Below the pieces are notes generated by a model. It was not told the DNA's origin and searched no databases. It was given only the letters and a program-made list of their open reading frames with translations. DNA of 64,000 nucleotides from positions 2,162-66,161 of the IMG/VR virus record IMGVR_UViG_2510461076_000001. The stretch is one strand, 5' to 3'. Shown piece by piece: positions 35,381-44,256 of this stretch. The translations under genes were made by a program, and so were the position numbers. The DNA is from a virus. Its lineage: Duplodnaviria; Caudoviricetes. The stretch's first letter is position 1; each line of letters opens with the position of its first letter.

Positions 35381-35812
35381 ATGGCCGACACAGTGGAAAT
35401 GAAAATCTACCAGGCGCTGCTCGTCAGGTGCCAGGAGTTTGCGCCACCGCCCGGCGTCACCATGGTTCTGCCGGGCGTCACGTTCACGCCGACGGCTCAG
35501 AGCAAGTTCGTGAGCGTCGAGGTCCATTTCAATCGCTCGATCGAGACAGACCTGTCACTTGAGATGGACCCGATCAGGCAAGGCTTCATGCGCACCAACG
35601 TCATGTGGCCGAAAGCCGCGGCGATCGTCGACGGCTATAACCTCGCCGGCCAGCTGCGCGCCCATCTCCGCCGGGGCACGAAGCTGCTCCGCGCAGACAC
35701 TCAGGTCCGCATTGATGAGGATCCGGAGATCGGCGTCCTCGTCACGGGCGAAACGCACCACAACATACCCGTCACCACCCGGTGGCTTTGCTATCCGCAA
35801 GTTCCGGCCTGA
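35381..35812 (+). CDS. Tail terminator-like protein
   Basis: Size and position immediately before the tail tube gene. Confidence 0.7.
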   Translation: MADTVEMKIYQALLVRCQEFAPPPGVTMVLPGVTFTPTAQSKFVSVEVHFNRSIETDLSLEMDPIRQGFMRTNVMWPKAAAIVDGYNLAGQLRAHLRRGTKLLRADTQVRIDEDPEIGVLVTGETHHNIPVTTRWLCYPQVPA

Positions 35813-35872
35813 TTGGCCTGCCGTCCCTTTCGCGCCTTCGGCAAGCGCAATCAGACATGAGAGGTTACCAAC

Positions 35873-36613
35873 ATGCCGCAGCTTTACCCGGTTGCAGGTG
35901 CCAAGATCTATATCGGCCCTGCCGTCAACACCGTGCCCGACGATGCCGACATCGATGCTACCGACTTCGCTTCCGTCACCTGGACCGAGCTCAAGGGCTG
36001 GCAGACGATGGGCGCGATCGGCGATGCCGCGACGCTCATCTCGGAAGACGTCATCTCCTCCGGCCGCACGCTGAAGGCAAAGGGCACGCGCAATGCTGGC
36101 TCGATGCAGAACAACTTCATCATCATGCCGAACGATCCCGGCCAGATCGCGCTGATCGCCGCCGAGAACACGGATTTCAACTATCCCTTCAAGCTGGCCT
36201 TCGATGATGCGCCGCCTGTCGTCTCCGGCACGGCAACGATCACGATCGCCGCACCCGGCGTGGTCACTTGGACCGGCCACGGCCGCCAGGTCAACGACCC
36301 GGTCAAGCTCGCGACCACCGGCGCGCTGCCGACGGGCCTGACCGCCGGCACCACCTATTATGTGAAGACGGTCACCGACGCGAACACGATCACGCTTTCG
36401 GCCACTCCGGGCGGCGCGGCGATCACGACCACGGGCACGCAGTCCGGCGTTCACACGATCTCCACCGTCCCCGCCGGCACCACGAAGTTCTTCTATGGCA
36501 TCGTCATGACGGCGCAGGAGAACGGCGGCGGCGCAAATACGGCTCGCCTACTGCAGGGCAATGTCGAAATCAACAGCCCGGTCATCACCGTGGCTCCCGT
36601 AGGCGGTGCTTGA
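35873..36613 (+). CDS. Major tail tube protein with inserted domain
   Basis: GAKIYIG..W..L.GW..MGAIGD..KAKGTRNAGSM; Thr/Gly-rich insert ~36220-36470. Confidence 0.85.
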   Translation: MPQLYPVAGAKIYIGPAVNTVPDDADIDATDFASVTWTELKGWQTMGAIGDAATLISEDVISSGRTLKAKGTRNAGSMQNNFIIMPNDPGQIALIAAENTDFNYPFKLAFDDAPPVVSGTATITIAAPGVVTWTGHGRQVNDPVKLATTGALPTGLTAGTTYYVKTVTDANTITLSATPGGAAITTTGTQSGVHTISTVPAGTTKFFYGIVMTAQENGGGANTARLLQGNVEINSPVITVAPVGGA

Positions 36614-37047
36614 TGACCACTGAAGCATTCGCCGATCTCTCCGGCCTCGAATCCCTCATCCAGTCTCAGGAGCAGGGGATCGAGGTCGAAATCCTCAATG
36701 AACAGGGCAAGCCGATCGGTCTCAGGATCGGCATTGTCGGCCCAGACAGCGATCGCATGCAGAAGGCAATGCGTGATGTCACTGCGGAGTTCGCCAAGGC
36801 AGCGGCCGAGCGTGGAACTCTCGAAGCTGCCACAGATGATGGCGATGGCCGCATGGTCGCGATCCTCGCCAAGGCAACTACCCACTGGACGCCAAATCCG
36901 AAAATAGCTGGCCAGGTGATCCCGTTCTCGGAGGAGAATGTCCGCAACCTCTATTCAAAGTTCCGCATCATTCGGGAGCAGGTTGAGGTTAGGGCGGTCC
37001 GCCGCAGCTCTTTTACCAAAAGCTCATCGCCGGCCTCTGCCGACTGA
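36613..37047 (+). CDS. Tail assembly chaperone (G-like)
   Basis: Follows the tube gene; overlapping -1 frame downstream. Confidence 0.75.
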   Translation: MTTEAFADLSGLESLIQSQEQGIEVEILNEQGKPIGLRIGIVGPDSDRMQKAMRDVTAEFAKAAAERGTLEAATDDGDGRMVAILAKATTHWTPNPKIAGQVIPFSEENVRNLYSKFRIIREQVEVRAVRRSSFTKSSSPASAD

Positions 37048-37373
37048 TTGAAGATCAGCACAACGGCAAGAAGATTGCCGTTCCGGTCGCCGGTGAGCAG
37101 GTTTGGTATTGGTTTCGTGAGCTTGATTGCCAGCGCACCAGCAACGGCTTCGGGCCGAATGCGTTGGGGTTTCAAGCAATAGGGGAGTGGTCTCGCCTCC
37201 GCGGCATCACTCTCCTGCAGTGGCAACTCGATGCCATCATCTCCATGGACCTGAAGCGCCGAGAAGTGGTTGCCCAGAAGGCGGCGGACAAGGAAGAGCC
37301 CGAACAGCAGGTTTCCGAGCGCCCGCTCACCAGCAGATTGTTCGACGCCATCTTCCCCAATAAACGGAAGTGA
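37011..37373 (+). CDS. Tail assembly chaperone frameshift extension (T-like)
   Basis: Open -1 frame FYQKLIAG..WYWFRELDCQRTSNGFGPN..EW with no own RBS/ATG. Confidence 0.6.
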   Translation, partial: FYQKLIAGLCRLIEDQHNGKKIAVPVAGEQVWYWFRELDCQRTSNGFGPNALGFQAIGEWSRLRGITLLQWQLDAIISMDLKRREVVAQKAADKEEPEQQVSERPLTSRLFDAIFPNKRK

Positions 37374-37377
37374 CCTC

Positions 37378-40269
37378 ATGTCAGAAGCCACCCTTGGGTT
37401 CAAAATCGACAGCTCGCAGGCATCGTCTGCAGCTGCCGATCTCGACCGGCTGACGTCTGCTGCTGCTCGCACTCAACAGGCTGCGGATAAGCTAGAAGCA
37501 GAGGCCGCTGCTCTCGGCGGCTCCCTGTCCCGCGCTGCTGATGGTGCCAGCAAGGCCGCTCCTCCCATGGAGCGCATGGCGAAGTCTCTGGCCGACCAAG
37601 ACGATCACGTTCGCGCCTTCCGCATGGAAGTCGAGCGCCTGACGTTAAAATATCAGCCGCTTGCGCAGGCCACCCGCAATTATGAGGCCGCGATCGGCGA
37701 GATCGAGCGCGCTCATAAGGTCGGCGCGATCAACGCTCAGCAGATGACACAAGCCCTCGATCGCGAGCGCTTGGCTTTCGAGCGCCTGAAGACTTCGGCA
37801 AGCACGGCCAGCGCGGCGGTCAAGGCCGCGAACAGCAATGGCGGCGCATCGCGCAGCTTCAACACATCGAACCTTGCCGCGCAGGGCTTCGATATCGGCA
37901 GCACTGCCGCTTTCATGCCCTGGTACACGGTCGCTTTGCAGCAGGGTCCGCAGGTCTCCCAGGTGTTCAACGACATCAAGGCGAGCGGGCAGGCTATTGG
38001 CCCGGCTGTCGCCGGCGCCTTCATGCAAATCCTCAATCCGATCTCGCTTGTTACGATCGGCGTCATCGGTGGCGTAGCCGCCCTCGTCCAGTATTTTACG
38101 ACCGCTGAAAGCGGTACCGGCAAGACCAGCAAGCTCTTCGAGGAGCAAAATGAAGTCATCAGACGTGCTGCCGAACTTTGGGGCGATGCCACCCCGGCGC
38201 TTAAAGCCTATGTCGACCAGCTAGACCGAGCCGACAAACTCACGCAGGGCCGCGAGGCTGGCGAAATCCTCGCTGGTCGCGAGCTTGATGGCCTCTCCGC
38301 AAATCTGGACACTATCCAGAAGCAGGGCGTGGCTGCTTTTCGCGCCTTGCAGGGCGACCCGAACAATGCAGTCGTCATTCGCGACCTGCGTGAGGCGTGG
38401 GGCGATCTGCGTGACCGACTGAATGACGGCACGGCCTCGATGGCCGATCTCAACCGCGTTCAGTTGGAATTGTCGAATGCGGTTTCGCAATATGGCGTTC
38501 CGGCTGTTCTGGACTTCCGTGACGCCTTCGACAAGGTCACGGACTCCATCTATCGCGGCGTCGAGGCTGCCCAGAAGGCCCGCACCGAATGGATCAAGGC
38601 TATTGCCGGCGGCTCTAATGTGCAGGACATCCTTTCCGGGTCGACCTTCACCGATGGCGGGCGCACCTATCGACCCTCTGATTTCATTCCGCCGAATGTT
38701 CCCGTGCCAGGGCGCAGGCCTCTCGATCTCGATCAGGACCCAGGCGCGCCCACGATCCTGAACAGCGATGGCCGGCTGACGAATGTCCCGGTGCCAGGTC
38801 AGAAGCCCAACTTCTTTGAAATCGAAGATCAGACGGAAAAGGTAGACGACCTTGAAAAGGCATACCGGCGCGCGCAGGAGGCAAAGGCTGACTTCTGGCT
38901 CGACATCGGCTTACAGCAGCGCCAGTCCGAGCGCAGCGCCATGGATCAGCAAGTGGCGGGCACCCTCAATCGTTACGGCTTCAATGAGGATCTGAACTCG
39001 CCTGAGGCACAGGCTATCCGCCAGCAATTGCGCGGCCAGCAGGCGAAGGATCTCGCCAAAGGCTTCGGCGATGCCTTCAGCAGCGAGTTGATCTCCGGAA
39101 GCCATGACATCGGAAAGGCCTTTCTGAAGGGTTTCGAATCCGCCTTGACGAGTGAGGCCTCGAAGCTCTGGGAGAAGTTCTTCGATGGCATCGGCAATAT
39201 CTTCGCCGACATGCTCACGGGAACGAAGGGCAGCGGGGCGGCGTCTGGATCGGGTGTAAGCGCGATTGCGTCTGCCGTCATGGGTACGGCTGCCAATGAC
39301 AACCTCGGGAAGGCTCCGGTCACTCCCGTCACGCGCGCTCCGCTTGGAGACATTGCCTCCTACATCAGCCAAGCCGCTGCAAAGCGTGGCATCGACCCGG
39401 ACATTGCTCTTCGAGTGGCGAAGTCCGAAGGCGGTCTGAATTCGTGGAATATGCAGTCGAACTTCGTCAAGAACGGTGTGCAGGAACCTTCCTTCGGGCC
39501 ATTCCAGTTGTACAAGGGCGGTGGTCTCGGCAACGACTTCATGCGCAAGACCGGGCTTGATCCGGCGCTCGCAGCCAATGGCCCTGCCGGTGTTGACTTC
39601 GCCCTCGATCACGCATCGAAGAAGGGATGGGGTGCTTGGTATGGCGCTGGCAAGGCAGGCATCGGCAACTTCGATGGTATCGGTGCCGGCGCAGGGGCTG
39701 GCGGCGCGGCCGACGCCGTGAACAAGCTGGCGAGTTCGGCTGGCGCCGCTACCAAGGGTCTCGATACCTTCGGGGGCGGGCTTGGTAAGATCGGCTCGGC
39801 ATTGTCGAGCTCTTCATTCCCGGCTGCTCCCGCCGCGTCTGGTGGCGGTGGTGGCGGCGGCCTGTTCGGTTGGCTCAGCGGGCTCTTCGGTGCCTTCAAG
39901 CCGATCGGTGCGCAAGCAACGCTGGCGGCATCAGGCGGAATCACCGGACTGTTCGCCGACGGCACGAACTATGCGCCGGGCGGCATGGCGATCGTCGGCG
40001 AGCGCGGCCCGGAACTGGTGAACCTGCCGCAGGGCTCGCAGGTGTTCAACACCAATCGCAGCGCACAAATGATGGGCGGCAGCAACGACAATGCGGCGTC
40101 TGCTGCGCCTCGAAAGCTGGAAGTCCATGTCCACGGCGGAAGCGGGGACGAGCATGTCCGCGAGCTCGCCCGGCAGGGCGCGCAGGAAGCGCTCTATCAG
40201 GACAAGATCGATCAGACGCGCGGCGGCTTCGGCAACACGCAGAAGAAATTCAATTCACGGGTGGGCTGA
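37378..40269 (+). CDS. Tail tape measure protein with lysozyme-like insert
   Basis: ~963 aa Ala-rich; ALQQGPQV motif; GIDPDIALRVAKSEGG..GPFQL segment; ERGPEL C-terminal motif. Confidence 0.92.
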   Translation: MSEATLGFKIDSSQASSAAADLDRLTSAAARTQQAADKLEAEAAALGGSLSRAADGASKAAPPMERMAKSLADQDDHVRAFRMEVERLTLKYQPLAQATRNYEAAIGEIERAHKVGAINAQQMTQALDRERLAFERLKTSASTASAAVKAANSNGGASRSFNTSNLAAQGFDIGSTAAFMPWYTVALQQGPQVSQVFNDIKASGQAIGPAVAGAFMQILNPISLVTIGVIGGVAALVQYFTTAESGTGKTSKLFEEQNEVIRRAAELWGDATPALKAYVDQLDRADKLTQGREAGEILAGRELDGLSANLDTIQKQGVAAFRALQGDPNNAVVIRDLREAWGDLRDRLNDGTASMADLNRVQLELSNAVSQYGVPAVLDFRDAFDKVTDSIYRGVEAAQKARTEWIKAIAGGSNVQDILSGSTFTDGGRTYRPSDFIPPNVPVPGRRPLDLDQDPGAPTILNSDGRLTNVPVPGQKPNFFEIEDQTEKVDDLEKAYRRAQEAKADFWLDIGLQQRQSERSAMDQQVAGTLNRYGFNEDLNSPEAQAIRQQLRGQQAKDLAKGFGDAFSSELISGSHDIGKAFLKGFESALTSEASKLWEKFFDGIGNIFADMLTGTKGSGAASGSGVSAIASAVMGTAANDNLGKAPVTPVTRAPLGDIASYISQAAAKRGIDPDIALRVAKSEGGLNSWNMQSNFVKNGVQEPSFGPFQLYKGGGLGNDFMRKTGLDPALAANGPAGVDFALDHASKKGWGAWYGAGKAGIGNFDGIGAGAGAGGAADAVNKLASSAGAATKGLDTFGGGLGKIGSALSSSSFPAAPAASGGGGGGGLFGWLSGLFGAFKPIGAQATLAASGGITGLFADGTNYAPGGMAIVGERGPELVNLPQGSQVFNTNRSAQMMGGSNDNAASAAPRKLEVHVHGGSGDEHVRELARQGAQEALYQDKIDQTRGGFGNTQKKFNSRVG

Positions 40270-40271
40270 GG

Positions 40272-41003
40272 ATGGCCGTCTATACCAGTCAGCCGATGTT
40301 CCCCGTGGATTTTCTGCGGCCGACGCAGGCGAAGTTCGATAATCCAGGCAGTGGCTTCGAAGGCGGCGTCAACGGCGTTGGCGAGCCGATCAGCATCGAG
40401 ACATCAGGCGGCGGCATCATCACCGCCACCTACTCGGGGATGGTTCTGGAAGGACCTGACGAGCGCTTCGAGGTGTTGAATTGGTTGGGCGCGCGGCTCA
40501 ATGGCGGGTTTCGCTTCATCAACGTGCCGATCGTCAACGACAAGATCGGCCCGTTCCCGGTCATCAATGGCACGCGCCGGCCGATCATCACGGGCATCCC
40601 GCATTCGGATAGTTCATTGCACTCTGATGGCTCGGGCTATTCGCAGGCGACGGCCTATGGCGAGGTCACCGAGGATACTGCACTCAATGCCGGGATCATC
40701 TCGATGCGCGTCTACGGGGCGGCGCGAGACCTCCGCTGGTCTGACTGGTTTTCGATCTATCACCCGACCAAAGGTTGGCGGGTCTATCGCCATTGGGACG
40801 TGCTCGACAAGACGGATGAGGAGAACCCGGTCTATCGCCTCGCTATAAGCCCGCCTCTGCGCGAAGCGGTGACGGCCGGCACTCGCGTCGAGCTCGCGCG
40901 GCCGCGCTGCGTGATGCGCCTACCTAAGGGCGTCACCATCCCTTGGGAATATTCGGGCTGGTATTCAGCGCGCCCGACGGTTCAGTTCACGGAGGCGTTC
41001 TGA
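40272..41003 (+). CDS. Distal tail protein
   Basis: Position after the tape measure gene. Confidence 0.7.
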   Translation: MAVYTSQPMFPVDFLRPTQAKFDNPGSGFEGGVNGVGEPISIETSGGGIITATYSGMVLEGPDERFEVLNWLGARLNGGFRFINVPIVNDKIGPFPVINGTRRPIITGIPHSDSSLHSDGSGYSQATAYGEVTEDTALNAGIISMRVYGAARDLRWSDWFSIYHPTKGWRVYRHWDVLDKTDEENPVYRLAISPPLREAVTAGTRVELARPRCVMRLPKGVTIPWEYSGWYSARPTVQFTEAF

Positions 41004-41617
41004 TGGCCTATTCCGTTCAGTATGTGCCGGCGAACGTCGTCGACGAGATGCGCGGCAGCCATCAGCTCGGCGTGTTCCTCCGGATCGACACGAACCCGGC
41101 GCTGCATATGTGGTTCGGTGTCAACGATGTGCCGATCGGCTTCGACGGCATCGACCCGGATGGAACGGTCTATCTCGGCGGCGGCCGTCTTGTCGGCGTG
41201 CCATCGCTCGAGGTGCTGGTCAACGGGACGTCGGATGCTGTGGACTTCTCGGTCTCCGGCATAGATCCGGCGACCGGCTCGGCCATGCTCGACAGCATTC
41301 CTTCCGTGCGCGGGAAGCTGGTGCAGGTCGGATTGACCACGCTCGATCAGTATTACCAGCCGATGAGCCAGATCATCCCGATTTGGACAGGGATTGCTTC
41401 GCATCCGAAGGAATCCCGCCCGCCTATCCGGGAGGGAGAGACCGCAACCCTGTCCCTAAGCCTGGCAGTCGTCGCCGGGGAAAACACGAGATCGCGCCCA
41501 TCAAAGGCGCTCTGGTCCGACGCCATGCAGCGATCGCTCTATCCCACCGATGCGTTCTGCAACGGGACGGGCAGATTGGCGCGCGGCATCCAGCCGAAGT
41601 GGCCAGTTTTCAGTTAG
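41003..41617 (+). CDS. Tail tip/hub protein
   Basis: TGATG-coupled; GTVYLGGG motif. Confidence 0.65.
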   Translation: MAYSVQYVPANVVDEMRGSHQLGVFLRIDTNPALHMWFGVNDVPIGFDGIDPDGTVYLGGGRLVGVPSLEVLVNGTSDAVDFSVSGIDPATGSAMLDSIPSVRGKLVQVGLTTLDQYYQPMSQIIPIWTGIASHPKESRPPIREGETATLSLSLAVVAGENTRSRPSKALWSDAMQRSLYPTDAFCNGTGRLARGIQPKWPVFS

Positions 41618-41627
41618 CTGAGGCATC

Positions 41628-42044
41628 ATGGACATCCATCATTTTCTTGCGCTCCCGCACCAGTTCAGGTGGGGCGGGGTGAGCGGCGACGATTGCATGA
41701 CCTTCCCGGCTTCCTGGGCACTCAGGTGCATCGGGATCGATCCGGCAGAGGACCTTCGCGGGACCTATCGGACCCGGGACGAAGCCCACGCCATCGTCGA
41801 AAGCTATGGAGGCGAATTGCCGTTCATGGACCGCCACCTGGCCAAGATCGGCGCAAAGCGCGTCCAGCATCCCGAGACCGGCGATATCGGCCTCATCAAG
41901 GCAATGACCTGCGAGACGTCGGCCGACCAGGTCGAGACGCAGATCGGCGCTATCCGTTTCGGCCCGCTATGGGCCTGCATCCATCCCGCCGGTATCCGCG
42001 CGACGCCGGCCGAATTCATCGCCGCATGGAGATTGCCCGCATGA
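41628..42044 (+). CDS. NlpC/P60-like tail assembly protein
   Basis: FRWGGVSGDDC..F, GDIG motifs. Confidence 0.7.
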   Translation: MDIHHFLALPHQFRWGGVSGDDCMTFPASWALRCIGIDPAEDLRGTYRTRDEAHAIVESYGGELPFMDRHLAKIGAKRVQHPETGDIGLIKAMTCETSADQVETQIGAIRFGPLWACIHPAGIRATPAEFIAAWRLPA

Positions 42045-44242
42045 GCCTGAAGGCGACGTATGAGAGCGTCCCGAGCGAAGCGGAGCACTACTTCCAGCAG
42101 CATCGGTGGGAATGGCAGGATCGCTTTTTGCGTGGCAGCACCGCGCTTTACGACCCGATCTTCACGCCGTTGTTCACGAGCTTGTTCACGGCACTGAATT
42201 TCTCTGCTGCTACCGCGGCTTTGCTCGGTGCTGGTGCGGCTGCAATCGCGACGACAGCTTTGGCGATCGGCATCCAGGCGCTTCTCGCTCCGAAGCCGCC
42301 GAGGCCTGAAGATGGCAAGATCCCAAAGGTTCAATCGGTGCCCTATCGGCAGTGGGGCGTCGGTCGGGCGCGCCTTGCAGGCGCCTACATGCTTTGGGAA
42401 GCCGTCGGCAAGAACCTTTATTCTGTTCAGGCCATTGCCGGCCACCGGATCAAATCGGTCAATCGCTATTGGCTGCATGACGATGAGGTGACACTGCAGC
42501 CCGGCGGCACGATCAATTCAGGCACCAACTACAATACGAACGTCCAGATATTCAGCCGCCTCGGCCTGGTCCCAGAGACCGATTATCCGCCAATCACGTC
42601 GGCTCTCTCAGGCCAGGGCGTGTGGTCGAGCAGTCACAGGGGAGACGGTCAGGCTTCTCTCGGAATGATCTGCATCAGTTCGAACGCCGAGAAGCAGCAA
42701 AAGAGATTTCCATATGGGCCTCCGCAGCTCTCCGTCGAAGCCGATCTCGCGCTCTGCTGGGATTTTCGCGATCCGCTGCAGGATCCTGAAGACCCGGATA
42801 CATGGGAATGGACGCGCAACGCTGCACTCATCATGGCCTGGCATCAGTGCTTCAACGAGTTCGGCCATCGTCGGGATTATAAGCGCGCGCTCCTTCCCGT
42901 TCTCGATATGTGGCAGGAAGAGGCGGACGTCTGCGACGAGTTCGTTCCGCTGGCCGGTGGGGGCTTCGAGCGCCGCTATGAATGCAACGGCTTCGACACC
43001 ACCGAAAACGACCCGAAGGCCGCCACCAATGCGATCCTGGCCTCGTGCGATGGCTGGATATGTGAGCGCGGAGACGGGGCGCTTCTCTTCATCGTCGGGA
43101 AGTTCCGCGGCAAGTACATCACGACCCTGACAGATGCCGATATCGTCGGGCACCAGGTCGAGTATGACGTGCTCTTCGAGGACGAGTGCAATCGCCTGAT
43201 CCCGAAGTTCAACTTTCCTGAAATCGGATATGCCACGTCCGATACCGACTTTTTCGAGGATGTGGCGGCGCAGTTGGTCTCCGGCCGGGTCCTGGCGCAG
43301 GAGGCGAATTATCAGTGGGTGCAGCAGTGGCGGCAGGCCCGCCGGCTCGGAAAGCGCGACTGGTTGCGCATTCAGGAGAAGGTGACCGGCCAGCTCAATG
43401 TTCGGCTATCCGGCATCAACTCGGTCTATAGCCGGTGGGTTCGGCTCGTCACGCCGAACACGCTGCCGAAGTTGGACGGCAAGATCGTCGAGAACCGAAA
43501 GTCAGTGCTGTCGCTACTTCAAGGCGGGTTCGTCATGGACATCATGAAGCACCCCGACGACATCGACGCGTGGAACCCGGCGACCGATGAAGGGCAGATG
43601 CCGTCGACGCCTCCGAAGACGGATGCCGGCGGAATCCTGACGCCGGTGATCAACCTGGTGCAGGCGCGGCCGAACGCCGACAGCGTCTATATCAGGGTGC
43701 TCATCATCGATCCCGACGACGACAGCCTCATTCCGGTTGTCAGGTATCGGCTTGCAAATGCAGGCGCCGGCTCGCCCGGGCCATGGATCGAGCAGCGGTT
43801 CCCGAATCCGGTCCCGTCCGGCGGCTTCATCGACATGAGCACCAATATCGTGCCGTCGAACAAGCTTCATGACATCCAGGTCGCGTTCATCGCCTCCGAC
43901 GGCGACTACGGGCCCTGGTCGATCACGGCGAACGTCACGTCTACCGTTGACCCCGTCGCTCCCGGCACGCCGATCAACATGTCGACGGTTAATGCCTCCG
44001 GCACTGTCACCATCAGCGCCCAGGCCGCCAACGACAACACCAAGGTGCTGATCTTCAAGCGGGGCACAACGGGGCAGAGCTATGCCGCTGCCTCGCAGAT
44101 CGCCACCCGTAATGTGGTGGCGAACCAGGTGATCACCATCACCGACCCGCCAGGCGCGGGCACTTGGAAATACTGGTGCAGCGCTGAAAACAGCTCAGGC
44201 ATCCCGTCTGCAGCGCAAGCTTCTTCAACCGTCACCGTTTAA
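42041..44242 (+). CDS. Central tail tip/host-specificity protein
   Basis: 733 aa; GRARLAG motif; FN3-like C-terminus. Confidence 0.75.
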   Translation: MSLKATYESVPSEAEHYFQQHRWEWQDRFLRGSTALYDPIFTPLFTSLFTALNFSAATAALLGAGAAAIATTALAIGIQALLAPKPPRPEDGKIPKVQSVPYRQWGVGRARLAGAYMLWEAVGKNLYSVQAIAGHRIKSVNRYWLHDDEVTLQPGGTINSGTNYNTNVQIFSRLGLVPETDYPPITSALSGQGVWSSSHRGDGQASLGMICISSNAEKQQKRFPYGPPQLSVEADLALCWDFRDPLQDPEDPDTWEWTRNAALIMAWHQCFNEFGHRRDYKRALLPVLDMWQEEADVCDEFVPLAGGGFERRYECNGFDTTENDPKAATNAILASCDGWICERGDGALLFIVGKFRGKYITTLTDADIVGHQVEYDVLFEDECNRLIPKFNFPEIGYATSDTDFFEDVAAQLVSGRVLAQEANYQWVQQWRQARRLGKRDWLRIQEKVTGQLNVRLSGINSVYSRWVRLVTPNTLPKLDGKIVENRKSVLSLLQGGFVMDIMKHPDDIDAWNPATDEGQMPSTPPKTDAGGILTPVINLVQARPNADSVYIRVLIIDPDDDSLIPVVRYRLANAGAGSPGPWIEQRFPNPVPSGGFIDMSTNIVPSNKLHDIQVAFIASDGDYGPWSITANVTSTVDPVAPGTPINMSTVNASGTVTISAQAANDNTKVLIFKRGTTGQSYAAASQIATRNVVANQVITITDPPGAGTWKYWCSAENSSGIPSAAQASSTVTV

Positions 44243-44256
44243 GAGAAAGATCAGAT

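Noticed and set aside
41669-42040. N-terminal extensions from the ORF track (also 16841, 37270, 39870, 21156, 33535)
   Set aside because: They overlap real upstream genes; coupled downstream ATG/GTG starts fit better
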